A stretch of DNA of 64,000 bases from Candidatus Aenigmatarchaeota archaeon (GCA_044343545.1 JAWBZR010000002.1:1-64000), one strand, 5' to 3'. Positions 1 through 10,155 are shown, counted from the stretch's first letter. The notes: generated from the letters alone by a model not told the origin. A program made the numbers and translations.

Positions 1-20
1 AAAGTTAAATAAAAATACAT

Positions 21-986
21 ATGGCTAATGAATTGTTAATATTCTTTATCTTAGTAATTATTGCTGTTCCTATTCTTTTTATAATAGCTGCTCTTTTATT
101 CACTACAGGTAGTGTAACTGCTTTTATATTCGGTGCAGGTTTTTTATATATACTTCTTTTTGTTGGCTCTGGTTTTTTGATATTTATCGGATTAATGATA
201 GCACCAACCAGACCAAAATTGGGTAAATATTTAGCTTATGGTGGTGTTGTAGCATTGATGGTTTTACTAATTTTAATGGAAACGACAATTATCGGTCTTT
301 CTGGTTATAATTTATACAAAAAATACGGAGCTCACGGAAACATATGGATAGATTGTTCTAATAAACCACCTGTAAATATGATATCATATATTAGTTGTGC
401 TATAACAGGACATCAACCTTTGCCTTCAAGTTCTGGTGATATGTGGGGATGGATGGGCATAGGTGGTTTTATGATATTTGGAATAACAATACCACTTCTA
501 GTACTTGTAGCTTTATTTATGGATTTTGTTGAAGTTTCAGGTGTTGTTCAAAATCCTACTTATCAAAAAGTGATCGGTTTTGGTTTAGGTTTTTTTGCAT
601 ACAGAGGTTTTATAGTATCAAGGCTTATATATATACTTGATATAGGTTCTACTGGGGTAGCTGTAATAGCTCTTAACTTTATTTGGTTGGGTGGCATCTT
701 AGCTTATATTAGGAGATCTTTTAGGCAGTGGAAATTATTAGAAGCAGAACAAAAAGTGGGAAAATATATTCCACAAATAGCTACAAATTTAAAAGCAATT
801 GTGAGTCAATGGAAAACTTCAACTCAAGCTCAAAACGCTTTCACAGATCCGAATTTTTATTCAAATCTACAACTTGTTGTTGGCCCTGCAATTGCAGAAA
901 GTTTAAGAGTTGAATCAACAAGTGGAAAGCCACTTTCACAACTAAAGAATAGGGTTATTAAAGCAATAGATGATGCAATGAAATAA
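21..986 (+). CDS. Multi-pass membrane protein, paralog 1 of a tandem family of unknown function
   Basis: About 6 hydrophobic segments; C-x14-C-AITG loop; FG-x3-P...DF-x3-SGV...AYRGF core shared with the next two ORFs. Confidence 0.85.
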   Translation: MANELLIFFILVIIAVPILFIIAALLFTTGSVTAFIFGAGFLYILLFVGSGFLIFIGLMIAPTRPKLGKYLAYGGVVALMVLLILMETTIIGLSGYNLYKKYGAHGNIWIDCSNKPPVNMISYISCAITGHQPLPSSSGDMWGWMGIGGFMIFGITIPLLVLVALFMDFVEVSGVVQNPTYQKVIGFGLGFFAYRGFIVSRLIYILDIGSTGVAVIALNFIWLGGILAYIRRSFRQWKLLEAEQKVGKYIPQIATNLKAIVSQWKTSTQAQNAFTDPNFYSNLQLVVGPAIAESLRVESTSGKPLSQLKNRVIKAIDDAMK

Positions 987-1020
987 TTTAAATTTTATTA
1001 AATCAAATATCTAATTCATA

Positions 1021-2019
1021 ATGTTTCTGCAAAAATTCTTCAAAGCATTAGAGTATTTGTTTTCGGTCACTTTTCCATTTTTTCTTATATTTTTATCGCT
1101 TTTTTTAATTTCAATCTATTTGTTTAAAAATGATATAATTTCAGCATCAAACGTGATATTTCTTTCAACAACTTCAATATCCACATTATTTTTTGTTTTG
1201 TTGCTTTTTTTCAACATACTGATATCCATCTATTTCCCAAGCATTTTAAATTTTACGAGAATCATTTCTTACGTTGTTTTAACCCTTTTGTTTGTCTCGC
1301 TTTTGTTGCAAGAAATTTCAGTGATAAAATCACTTTCACAAATATTTGATTTGAGTAAGAGATGGTTGCCTTGCACTTCGCCTAGAAAATTTTTACAAAC
1401 ACTTTCATGTTTAATGACAGGTTATATGCCAACATCAACAACTTCACCCATAGAAACAATTTTAATAATTTACGGATTTTATGTTTATGGCTTTGCTTTT
1501 CCATTATTTATTTGCATTTACTTAATGAAAGATTTTATCGATGCTTCCGGTGTCATTCAAAATGAAACCTACAAAAACATAATAGCTTTTGGTATGGCCT
1601 TTCTTGTTTACAGAAGTTTGTTAGCAGCTAGGCTGATAAACTTCTTGTATTTAGGTTATTTGGGTGTTGCTTTACTCGTAGCAAATTTCATAGCAATAAA
1701 CTATGTTTTGAAAAAAATGCATAGAATGTTTGTTAAAATATCAGCTATAAACGAAAGGGAACAGAAGAGCAGAAAAATTAATGAAATAAAAAAGTTCACC
1801 AAAGCTTCTTTGGCAAGGTTGAAACTCGTACCTTCATCTAGATTGATGGCTTTGATTTTCGAAGACAGAATAAGGGATAATTTGAAAACAATATTCGAGG
1901 TTGAAAATAGGCTAAACGTTTTTCAAAGCTTGGTAACAGATTTTGAGGATGCAGCAAATAAAGGAGATAGAAAAGCAATGTGCTCAATTGTTGATAAAAT
2001 GATTGCGGAAATAAAGTGA
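1021..2019 (+). CDS. Multi-pass membrane protein, paralog 2
   Basis: CTSPRKFLQTLSCLMTGY; YGFAFP...DFIDASGVIQN...VYRSL; charged helical C-terminus. Confidence 0.85.
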   Translation: MFLQKFFKALEYLFSVTFPFFLIFLSLFLISIYLFKNDIISASNVIFLSTTSISTLFFVLLLFFNILISIYFPSILNFTRIISYVVLTLLFVSLLLQEISVIKSLSQIFDLSKRWLPCTSPRKFLQTLSCLMTGYMPTSTTSPIETILIIYGFYVYGFAFPLFICIYLMKDFIDASGVIQNETYKNIIAFGMAFLVYRSLLAARLINFLYLGYLGVALLVANFIAINYVLKKMHRMFVKISAINEREQKSRKINEIKKFTKASLARLKLVPSSRLMALIFEDRIRDNLKTIFEVENRLNVFQSLVTDFEDAANKGDRKAMCSIVDKMIAEIK

Positions 2020-2064
2020 TATTTTTCTGTAAAAAATAATAATATAGAATATTAAATATGTTTT

Positions 2065-3048
2065 ATGCGATTTTCAAGCAAAGGCGCGACTGATTACATA
2101 AGCCTTTTCTTCCTCCTAACAATTTTGCTTGCAACTATCATTGTGATCTTTCTCACAGTACCTGGATTGGTTGAATTTTTCACAGAATTTTTCACGTCAA
2201 TCCTAACCTCTATAGTAGTAATAGCGTTTGGTTCACTTTTAATATTGTTTGGCGTAATATTGGCAGGAAGACACTTGGCCACAGGGAGAACAATAGCTTA
2301 TATAGGTGTAGCTATATTGCTTGTAGGTTTCTTTATCATAGAAATGGCTTATGTAACCAAGTCGAAAGAAGCACTGAAAGTACCCATGACTGAAAGATGC
2401 TCTGGAAGTTATTCTGGAGGAACTTTTGCCAGCGGAAATGCAGCCGAATTCGTTACTTGCATCATAACAGGATACAAGTATAAAGGCGATTATGGAGCTT
2501 GGGCATTTCTCGGATTTTGGGTTTTTGGTGTAGTAGTTCCGATATTGCTCTTCATTTCTCTTTTCCAAGATTTTGTCATATCTTCTGGCGTGATAAAACA
2601 GAGAAGGTCACAAAAAATTGTTGGCATATGTTTGGGTTTGATTGCTTACAGGGGTTTTGCCGTCACGAATTTGCTGGAAATTTTGAGTTTAGGTACTTTG
2701 GGGATAGCTTTGTTGGCTCTTAATCTCATATTTTTAGGTGGTTTACTAGCATACTTACATAGAGTTTTCGAAAGATGGAGACCTATAGAGGCGGCTATGG
2801 AAATAGTAAGGAGTAGTGCTGCTTCAAGAAAGACCTTGATAGGTTATGTCGATGCTCTCCAAAGAGCTATTAGGGAAGGAGACGAGGACGCTGCATTACA
2901 CCTTTTAAGGAAAATTGAGCAACTAACAACGAGATCAGATTGGTTGGGTTCCGTGAGAAGCATAAGAACATCTATTTTAAATGGGGACTATAATAACGCA
3001 ATTCAACAAATTCAACAGTTGAGAGAATCTATAAGACAACCAACTTAG
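2065..3048 (+). CDS. Multi-pass membrane protein, paralog 3
   Basis: C...CIITGY; FGVVVP...DFVISSGVI...AYRGF...LSLGTLG; N-terminus MRFSSKG/ATDY resembles a class III signal peptide. Confidence 0.85.
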   Translation: MRFSSKGATDYISLFFLLTILLATIIVIFLTVPGLVEFFTEFFTSILTSIVVIAFGSLLILFGVILAGRHLATGRTIAYIGVAILLVGFFIIEMAYVTKSKEALKVPMTERCSGSYSGGTFASGNAAEFVTCIITGYKYKGDYGAWAFLGFWVFGVVVPILLFISLFQDFVISSGVIKQRRSQKIVGICLGLIAYRGFAVTNLLEILSLGTLGIALLALNLIFLGGLLAYLHRVFERWRPIEAAMEIVRSSAASRKTLIGYVDALQRAIREGDEDAALHLLRKIEQLTTRSDWLGSVRSIRTSILNGDYNNAIQQIQQLRESIRQPT

Positions 3049-3057
3049 TGAATAAAC

Positions 3058-3366
3058 ATGTATGGTTTAGAGAAAATACTTAACAGCGATTTTTTATTCG
3101 TTTACATAATGTCTTTTATAATCCTTTTTACATTATTATATGACTTGCTTAGGAGGATAAATTTCTTTAACAACAAAAAGATAGATGCCTTAATAAGCTT
3201 GATAATATGCCTTTACGTGTTTCTGACTTATGGCTATAAAATAATCAACTTCGTGTTATCTTTAGGCACTATGGGAATGATAATAGTTTTTGGCTTGCTT
3301 TTAACCATAATAATAATTATGAATTTTTGGCAAACGGCAAAAAAGGAGGCAACAGGTTATTTCTAA
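3058..3366 (+). CDS. Small 3-TM membrane protein, likely a minimal member of the same family
   Basis: Three hydrophobic segments; LFTLLYDLL and VLSLGTMG align with LFISLFQDF and ILSLGTLG of paralog 3. Confidence 0.75.
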   Translation: MYGLEKILNSDFLFVYIMSFIILFTLLYDLLRRINFFNNKKIDALISLIICLYVFLTYGYKIINFVLSLGTMGMIIVFGLLLTIIIIMNFWQTAKKEATGYF

Positions 3367-3956
3367 ACGGCTTCTCTATAAGCTCTTTTGCAAGCTTCTC
3401 TCCTTTCCATCAATATATCTAAAGCGTCAGATAGTTCGTTTTTAATTTTTCTCAATCTTTCCAATTCTGCAGAAATTTCAGGACTTTTTTTAACAGCAAA
3501 TTCCAATTCCAAATTATGCTCCTTTATTTTAATGTTTTCAATTTTATTTTGCAATTCAATTATTCTTTTTTCCAATGAAGACATTTCTTTTGATAATTGG
3601 TTTCTATTCATTTTCCTTACGTCAACAAGTTTCTTTGCTTTTTTTATGTTTACTTGATTTTTTGAAATTAACATTGCGCCGAAAAGAAACAAAACTATAT
3701 ATATGGTAGTAGAAACTAAACTTCCAAGAGATAGTATTATGGATGAAAAAGATGTTACTATACCCGCGACATAAGCAGCAATAGCAATGATGGTAGCGGC
3801 AGCAAATGCAAATATTTTTGGAAATCTTATAAATGAAAAAAATCCAAAAGTCAAAACAAGCAACACTATTTCTGGAACTATAACAGCGTTAACAAAATCT
3901 TGATTTTGTGCTGAAACAATTTTAATGAGCAGCAAAGCAAGTAAAAACCACTTCAT
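3363..3956 (-). CDS. Signal peptide + 3-TM module + long coiled-coil protein
   Basis: Likely ATG at 3956 (MKWFLLALLLIKIVSA/Q); VIVP...IAAY...IILSLGSL; heptad-rich charged C-terminus. Confidence 0.75.
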   Translation of the reverse strand: MKWFLLALLLIKIVSAQNQDFVNAVIVPEIVLLVLTFGFFSFIRFPKIFAFAAATIIAIAAYVAGIVTSFSSIILSLGSLVSTTIYIVLFLFGAMLISKNQVNIKKAKKLVDVRKMNRNQLSKEMSSLEKRIIELQNKIENIKIKEHNLELEFAVKKSPEISAELERLRKIKNELSDALDILMERREACKRAYREAV

Positions 3957-3986
3957 AATTAAAATAAATAGCAATTTTAAAAGAAA

Positions 3987-4370
3987 TTATTTTTTCATTT
4001 TATTTTTCTTTCTGTGTAAGATTATTTGTCTAAGAGTTAGCACACCCTTATATTCCCCTTTTTTATTTACAACAGGAACTGTGAGATAATCTTTTTCTAA
4101 CATTACTTTAGCTATTTCTTCTATATCATCATTTTCTTTTGCACAAAAAACAGGCGAAGTCATAATATCTTTTGCAAAAGTTTTCTTAGGATCTTTACCC
4201 TTAGCCAAAACCCTTGAAACCATATCTCTCATTGTTATAATTCCCAAAACTCTTTTGTTTTTCAGAACTATGATGGATTTTGATGATCCCATTTTTTTTG
4301 CAACTTTAAAAACATCATCTTTTTCATTTACTGTCTTTGTTTTTTCCAATTTAACTTCTTTAACTTTCAT
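3987..4370 (-). CDS. CBS domain pair protein
   Basis: VLGIITMRDM, AKDIMTSPV, VPVVN-x3-EYKGVLT CBS motifs. Confidence 0.9.
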   Translation of the reverse strand: MKVKEVKLEKTKTVNEKDDVFKVAKKMGSSKSIIVLKNKRVLGIITMRDMVSRVLAKGKDPKKTFAKDIMTSPVFCAKENDDIEEIAKVMLEKDYLTVPVVNKKGEYKGVLTLRQIILHRKKNKMKK

Positions 4371-4409
4371 AATTAAAGTAATATTAATTTTTAAATTTAA
4401 ATTAATTTT

Positions 4410-4910
4410 ATGGCTTTTGAAAATGCGAGAAGGATAGGAAACAGGGTATGGGAAGACAGAGGTTATTTAAGAAATTTACTAATGGAATTGTTATTCAAAG
4501 ATCCCATAAGAATATTTGAAGGTATATTTAAAGGGGAAATAGAAAGAAACCCGTATTTTAGGAATGAAATAGAAAGAGTTGTAAAATCACATCGATATCA
4601 GTTGGATAAAGCAAGAGCCACGGATTTGTATGATTTTACTGTCAGCGCAGCCCAATTGGCGAGTTTGCTTGCTAGTTGTGGAGTAGATTTTCCCGTTGAA
4701 AGAATCGCAGAAATAGTAGAAGCTATACCAAAAATACCTTATATAGTTGGTTATGGAAGAAGATATGGTGCATGGTATGGTTTGGCCTTAGCTATATATG
4801 AATTGTTGACATTGTTAGATCCAACAAACATCTTGGATATGTTACCCACATACACAATGGCAGAATTTTATATGATATACAGAGAGCTAAAAAGAAAAGC
4901 AAAATCATAA
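4410..4910 (+). CDS. Hypothetical protein with a hydrophobic C-terminal segment
   Basis: 166-aa ATG ORF filling the gap between genes; no recognised motif. Confidence 0.65.
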   Translation: MAFENARRIGNRVWEDRGYLRNLLMELLFKDPIRIFEGIFKGEIERNPYFRNEIERVVKSHRYQLDKARATDLYDFTVSAAQLASLLASCGVDFPVERIAEIVEAIPKIPYIVGYGRRYGAWYGLALAIYELLTLLDPTNILDMLPTYTMAEFYMIYRELKRKAKS

Positions 4911-6362
4911 CATTTCTTGAATTTTTTTCTTTACTATTTTGTTTACAGTACTGCCGTCTATTTTCCCTCTCACTTCTGACATGACCAAACCCATTAATAT
5001 CTTTTCGGCATTTCCTGCTTTCAACTTTTCTTTATTTTCCTTTATTTTCTTTTCAATCACTTCTTCCAACTCTTCGATGCTTATGCTTTGCAAACCAAGA
5101 AGTTTTATTAGCTTTTCAACATCCTTTTCTTTTGTTATGTTTTCAAGTAAAGCAGGTATAGCCTCTTTAGCAATTTTGCCGTTTTTGCAAGCTAACAACA
5201 CATTTATTATGTCTTCATCTTCTATTTCATCAACGGCAACACCTTTTCTTGAAAGATCTTTCAGCGTGTTCGTTAATGTCGAGGCAGCAATCATTTTGTC
5301 CACGCCCATCTCCACTGCTTTTTCAAAAATTTGCCATTTTTCATTAACAAGCTGATTAGCTATTTCAGTTGGTAAATTGTAAATGTTAACATACCTTTCC
5401 AATTTTTTATTTAAACTTTCAGGCAAATTTTTTCTAATATTTTCTATCAAGCGTTTATCGACTATTATAGAAGGTATGTCAGTTTCAAGATACAATCTCG
5501 CGGATGTTGAAAGGGGGCGTAAAAAGATTGTCGTGCAATCCTCCCTTGCTAACCTGACGCTATTTTCAATCTTTTCACCTCTTTTTAAAGCTTCTAATTG
5601 TCTCTCAGCTTCTTTAATGACGACATCTTTTATCTGGCCTAACCGTTGAACGTGCTTTATTTCTGTCCTCGCACCACCTTTTATTGATACATTCACGTCT
5701 TGCCTAACTACACCCAAACCTAATTTCACTCTTCCAGTGGATTTCAATATTTTTCCTATATTTTCCGCCGTTTCTAATGCTTGTTCTGGTGTTGTTATAT
5801 CAGCCTTAGTGCTTATTTCAATTTCGGGCATTCCAAGTCTATCGAGCCTGAAGACATGCCTTTCAGCATCAACTATTCTTGCAGAATCTTCCTCTAGGGA
5901 AATGGAGGATATACCTACCTTACCAAGAGACGTGTCAACGAAACCATTTAATCCGATTATCATCGTCCTTTGAAATCCAGAAACATTAGACCCATCTATG
6001 ATGATTTTACGCATCACAAAAATTTCATCAACTATTTTTGCATTAAAAAGCTCTGAAATCATAAAAGCCGTTTCTAAAGCTTCTTGATTAGGCAAGTGTG
6101 GAGGTTCTTCATCTAATTCTACCAAACAATTCGCATCATCAAAAAACTCGTAAACAATCTTTTTTTCTTTCATAGCTTCTTTTATTGCTGCAACGTCAAT
6201 TTCGCCAAACTCGCTAAAAGACGGATGCAAATATCTCTCTATTATTCTGTCAGGCTTTCTGTTAACCAGCTTGTTTGGGCAATTACAAAATAACTTTTTT
6301 TTCGTTGCCAACTCCCAATGAATTTCCAAACCAACTTTCAAACCAATTTTTTGCCAATCCAT
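4905..6362 (-). CDS. gatE: Glu-tRNA(Gln) amidotransferase subunit E (short form)
   Basis: GLKVGLEIH, KLFCNCP, DEEPPH, MRKIIIDGSNVSGFQRT, LEEDSAR, RLDRLGMPEIEI, RQDVNVSIKGGARTEIK; start set at ATG 6362. Confidence 0.93.
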   Translation of the reverse strand: MDWQKIGLKVGLEIHWELATKKKLFCNCPNKLVNRKPDRIIERYLHPSFSEFGEIDVAAIKEAMKEKKIVYEFFDDANCLVELDEEPPHLPNQEALETAFMISELFNAKIVDEIFVMRKIIIDGSNVSGFQRTMIIGLNGFVDTSLGKVGISSISLEEDSARIVDAERHVFRLDRLGMPEIEISTKADITTPEQALETAENIGKILKSTGRVKLGLGVVRQDVNVSIKGGARTEIKHVQRLGQIKDVVIKEAERQLEALKRGEKIENSVRLAREDCTTIFLRPLSTSARLYLETDIPSIIVDKRLIENIRKNLPESLNKKLERYVNIYNLPTEIANQLVNEKWQIFEKAVEMGVDKMIAASTLTNTLKDLSRKGVAVDEIEDEDIINVLLACKNGKIAKEAIPALLENITKEKDVEKLIKLLGLQSISIEELEEVIEKKIKENKEKLKAGNAEKILMGLVMSEVRGKIDGSTVNKIVKKKIQEML

Positions 6363-6401
6363 ATTTGAAAAATTATCAATCTTAAAAATTAAAAGCTTCA
6401 A

Positions 6402-6566
6402 TTATATCTTTAATTTAGTCCTTCTCCAATTTCTTCTCAACAAACCGGCCCTTCTATTTCTTGCTCTTTTCAAGCCAAATTTTTTTATATCCACCCATCT
6501 TGGTGCTTGTTTCACTTTACTAGCTTTTATTTGTCTCAACTTTCTACTCAACATCTTTCTGCCCAT
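6402..6566 (-). CDS. rpl39e: 50S ribosomal protein L39e (missed by ORF track)
   Basis: Hand translation MGRKMLSRKLRQIKASKVKQAPRWVDIKKFGLKRARNRRAGLLRRNWRRTKLKI; P-x-W-V and RRNWRRTKLK are L39e signatures. Confidence 0.9.
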   Translation of the reverse strand: MGRKMLSRKLRQIKASKVKQAPRWVDIKKFGLKRARNRRAGLLRRNWRRTKLKI

Positions 6567-6571
6567 TAATA

Positions 6572-7339
6572 TCACAACATCTTCCTAATTTCCTTCGCTT
6601 TTTTAATGGCCAAATCAATCATATCATCAACATTTTTAATACTTAAAGCTTTTATTCCACCTTTCTGCATAGAGCAAATGTAATTATCTTCTCTAATCCC
6701 TATGCTCAGCCATGCATCAGCCACTTCTTCCTCTTCTCTATTCAAATCTATAAGATATTTATCCATAATTTTTGATATAGTTACGGTTATTGGTGTGTGT
6801 AAAATAGGCAATTTTCCCGAATATTCGCCTCTAAATATCTTATCATTCTCGTATTTTGGTATTTTAGTATTCATTAACGCAGCAACCGATGCGAGAGACG
6901 AGGCATCGAAAAGGTTGCCGTCATGATTTATTATGTGTATATCAATATAAACACCCCAAACTTTTTGTCCTTCTACTATGCACAACTTTTCCAAATCAAT
7001 ACATTTAGATTCTCTTATTCCTCTATCAACAACTCTTGCAAGCTCCGTTGCATCTTCAGATGGAGGGCCAGGTAAAAATTCCGGATGAGCTATGGGTGCA
7101 AATTCTGCATGAGTTTTTAAAACACCTTCATTCGGCATGTCAGGAAAGGGCGTTTCTATTTCCATTTTTATGCCAGCAATAACGTCAGTCTTTCCTATTT
7201 TAACCCTTGCCGAGCCTTCAGCTTTTTCGATAACATCTCTTTCTATCTCTATTTTTCTAAACTCGTCTAATTTTCTTCCATCTATTCTTTCATTTTTTTC
7301 TATCAATTTTAGGATATATTGAGATCGAAGCATAATCAC
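6572..7339 (-). CDS. rrp42: Exosome complex component Rrp42
   Basis: RIDGRKLDEFR, KAEGSARV, ELARVVDRGIRES, DGNLFDA; operon context. Confidence 0.95.
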   Translation of the reverse strand: MIMLRSQYILKLIEKNERIDGRKLDEFRKIEIERDVIEKAEGSARVKIGKTDVIAGIKMEIETPFPDMPNEGVLKTHAEFAPIAHPEFLPGPPSEDATELARVVDRGIRESKCIDLEKLCIVEGQKVWGVYIDIHIINHDGNLFDASSLASVAALMNTKIPKYENDKIFRGEYSGKLPILHTPITVTISKIMDKYLIDLNREEEEVADAWLSIGIREDNYICSMQKGGIKALSIKNVDDMIDLAIKKAKEIRKML

Positions 7340-8052
7340 TCACTATACTTGTCTTTTAATGTTTTTATTTGCATCTTATACACTTCTTCTCCAGCCTTGA
7401 AGATTTCATTAATCAGCTTTTTTATTTCATCTTTTGTCAATTCACCATCCATTTGCAACAAAGTAATTTCTTTTTTGGTTGCCGTGAATGCAAGAGGCAT
7501 GTCAGCTTCAGAATTGTTATCTTCCAAGCCATTTAAATCTAAAATTAGAGTATCGTTAATCTTACCGCCAGATAAAGCGACGACAAGATCTTTCATTGGA
7601 ACCCCCGCATCGGCAAGTGCAAGAGAAACAGCATTGACACTTGTAACTCTTGTAGAACCATCTGCTTGCAATATTTCGATGAATATGTCGATTGTAGTTT
7701 TTGGATAATTTTCCAAGAAAAGTACAGGCTCTATAGCTTGCCTTATTACTTTCGATATTTCTATTTCCCTTCTCGTGGGACCTGGTTTTACACGCTCATC
7801 AGTAGAAAAAGGCGCCATGTTGTATCTACATTGCACTACTGCTCTATCGCTTTCTTGCAAGTGTTTCGGCAGCAACAACCTCGGACCATAGACGGCAGCA
7901 ACAGCAATTGTTTTTCCGAATCTCACCATAGCAGATCCATTTGCGTTTGGGATGACACCGATTTTCATTTCCATTTCCCTCAATTCCAAGGGTTTCCTTC
8001 CATCCAATCTTCTTCCGTTTTTTATGAGCTCCACGTCCTTTAATTTTGTCAA
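7336..8052 (-). CDS. rrp41: Exosome complex exonuclease Rrp41
   Basis: RLDGRKPLELR, AVYGPR, YNMAPFSTDER, ILQADGSTR, ADMP. Confidence 0.96.
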   Translation of the reverse strand: MTKLKDVELIKNGRRLDGRKPLELREMEMKIGVIPNANGSAMVRFGKTIAVAAVYGPRLLLPKHLQESDRAVVQCRYNMAPFSTDERVKPGPTRREIEISKVIRQAIEPVLFLENYPKTTIDIFIEILQADGSTRVTSVNAVSLALADAGVPMKDLVVALSGGKINDTLILDLNGLEDNNSEADMPLAFTATKKEITLLQMDGELTKDEIKKLINEIFKAGEEVYKMQIKTLKDKYSE

Positions 8053-8058
8053 ATCGAA

Positions 8059-8730
8059 TCACCCTAACATCTTAGTAATTTCTTCGGTCAAACCATAGAT
8101 GTGAGATTTTTCATCAATTCTTTTTATTGCCATAATAGCTTTGTCAATGTTTTCACCAGAAACCCAAACAACACCATTCTGCCCAACTCTTATCATGGTT
8201 TTTGTTTTTTCCTTTATCAAATTTATCATGCTGCCCTCCTTTCCTATGAGTCTTGGCACCTTGCTTGGCGTGATGGTAACCAGAACACCACCTTTTAATT
8301 TCTTAAAGGCAGGACCTTTCATAGTTAACTGTATATCACCTCTTTTTGCAGATAGTATTTGCGCATATATAACATCACCTTCATCATAGTATCTATTCAA
8401 CAAAACCCTTTTGAGATCTATGAATTCATCCACACCTTCGGATAATGATAAGAAAGAAAGCCAGGGAGATCTTATATCTACGATCCAACCAACCTTCTCA
8501 ACTTCTATAACTATTCCTATAACATGATCTCCTGGTTTTGGGACATAAACCCCAGAGAGTGGAATAACGGAAATATAGTTTCCGCTAACGGACAATATTC
8601 CAAGATATTTTGAAACTATGTTTCCCTTTTCATCTATGTAAGTTCCTGAGCTAGCTAAATATTCCTTGCTACTTCCCAAAACTCTACCTGGCCATGCTAT
8701 TTCTCTGACGCCGCTATTTTCTTTACTCAT
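8059..8730 (-). CDS. rrp4: Exosome RNA-binding protein Rrp4 (S1+KH)
   Basis: YVPKPGDHVIG, KVPRLIGKEGSMI, VGQNGVVW. Confidence 0.95.
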   Translation of the reverse strand: MSKENSGVREIAWPGRVLGSSKEYLASSGTYIDEKGNIVSKYLGILSVSGNYISVIPLSGVYVPKPGDHVIGIVIEVEKVGWIVDIRSPWLSFLSLSEGVDEFIDLKRVLLNRYYDEGDVIYAQILSAKRGDIQLTMKGPAFKKLKGGVLVTITPSKVPRLIGKEGSMINLIKEKTKTMIRVGQNGVVWVSGENIDKAIMAIKRIDEKSHIYGLTEEITKMLG

Positions 8731-9440
8731 ACATCTTCCCTTCTCAATATATCTGATTTAAAGTTTCCATGAGTAGCATCTCCAATGAATTTCAACAAAT
8801 CCATTTGAACACCTGCAGGTATGTTTGCAATCACTTGCAATGACCCGTCACTTTGCCACTTTTCTTCAAACTCCGGAACGAATCTTCTTATCGAGGAATA
8901 TACCTTTCCAGCATACTGGGAAGGTATAGTTACTTGTATCAAAACTCTTTGCATTTTTATTGGAAGCAAACTTTTAATAGCTTTTATTACTCTATCCACT
9001 TGCGCTTCGGCATCTAAAAAAGGATCAATTTGCACGCCAGCCTGCTCCATAGCATTTATCAATCTGTTTGGTGGATGTGGAAGGTTCGTTTGAGGATTTA
9101 TAGCTCTTTTTGATATTAATTCTGCTATTTGCGATTTCTTTTCCTCTATCATTTTCCTTCTTTGCTCTGTTGTTATTTGCATTTCTCCTTCAATCAAAAT
9201 TTTTTTTATTATTTCATCGATTTTGGTTGTTCCAAAACCTTTTTGAAGCTCGTCCATGGAAACCAAATCGCCTTTTCTCGCATCTCTGAAAACATTTTTC
9301 ACCGCCACTATGTCTTCAATCTCTCCAATTTTCGTTTTTTTAAATTCATCAGCTTTGTATGGGTCTACGAGAATTTCGAAATTCAATCCACTCTTTTTTA
9401 ACCTACATATAACAGCCTCATCCACGCTAACCATAATCAA
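8727..9440 (-). CDS. Ribosome maturation protein SBDS/Sdo1
   Basis: FEILVDP, VFRDARKG, QITTEQRR, INPQTNLPHPPNRL. Confidence 0.95.
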   Translation of the reverse strand: MIMVSVDEAVICRLKKSGLNFEILVDPYKADEFKKTKIGEIEDIVAVKNVFRDARKGDLVSMDELQKGFGTTKIDEIIKKILIEGEMQITTEQRRKMIEEKKSQIAELISKRAINPQTNLPHPPNRLINAMEQAGVQIDPFLDAEAQVDRVIKAIKSLLPIKMQRVLIQVTIPSQYAGKVYSSIRRFVPEFEEKWQSDGSLQVIANIPAGVQMDLLKFIGDATHGNFKSDILRREDV

Positions 9441-9444
9441 CCAT

Positions 9445-10155
9445 CTATAGTAATTTTTTTATTTCATCATCAGTCAAAGTTGTAAAACCTTTATCGTCTC
9501 TTATGATTGCAACTTCGACAGAATCAGAATCTTTCACTTTTTCAGATTTTTTGATAGCTTCGATTATAATCTTCAAAGCATTCTTTTCATCCATATCATT
9601 CTTATATTTTTCTTTGAAAATTTTGTTGGCTATCGGGGCACCTCTGCCGATGGAATAAGCCAACCATTCAAACAACATCCCGGAAGGATCTGATTCTATC
9701 AAATGAGGACCTGAATGGTCAACACCGCCTATTAAGAAAGACACGCCAAATGGACGCAAGCCTGCATAAAGTGTTGAAATTTGCATCCTATCTCCTAAAA
9801 CTTTTGATAATGACCAAACATCTATCGGCTCTTCATATGTGATTCTGTGAATTTGAGCTTTTACTCTTAATAAGTTGACCAAAACTCTTGCATCTGCTAA
9901 TAAACCTGAAGCAACAGTTCCTATGTGGTCATCCAATTTAAAAAGTTTTTCAGTACTTTTCGTTACGGCCAAATCCATCTGTTGCTTTACTGTTGCCAAA
10001 ATTACACCATTCTTGAATGTTATTCCAAGAGATGTAGTCCCTTTTTTAACAGCTTCTTTAGCATATTCTACCTGAAACAATCTACCGTCAGGGCTAAACA
10101 CAGCTATAGTTCTATCATAACCCATATATTCTGGTAAAACTGCCGGCATGACCAT
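9445..10155 (-). CDS. psmA: Proteasome alpha subunit
   Basis: GYDRTIAVFSPDGRLFQVEYAKEAV, SGLLADAR, RPFGVSFL. Confidence 0.97.
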   Translation of the reverse strand: MVMPAVLPEYMGYDRTIAVFSPDGRLFQVEYAKEAVKKGTTSLGITFKNGVILATVKQQMDLAVTKSTEKLFKLDDHIGTVASGLLADARVLVNLLRVKAQIHRITYEEPIDVWSLSKVLGDRMQISTLYAGLRPFGVSFLIGGVDHSGPHLIESDPSGMLFEWLAYSIGRGAPIANKIFKEKYKNDMDEKNALKIIIEAIKKSEKVKDSDSVEVAIIRDDKGFTTLTDDEIKKLL

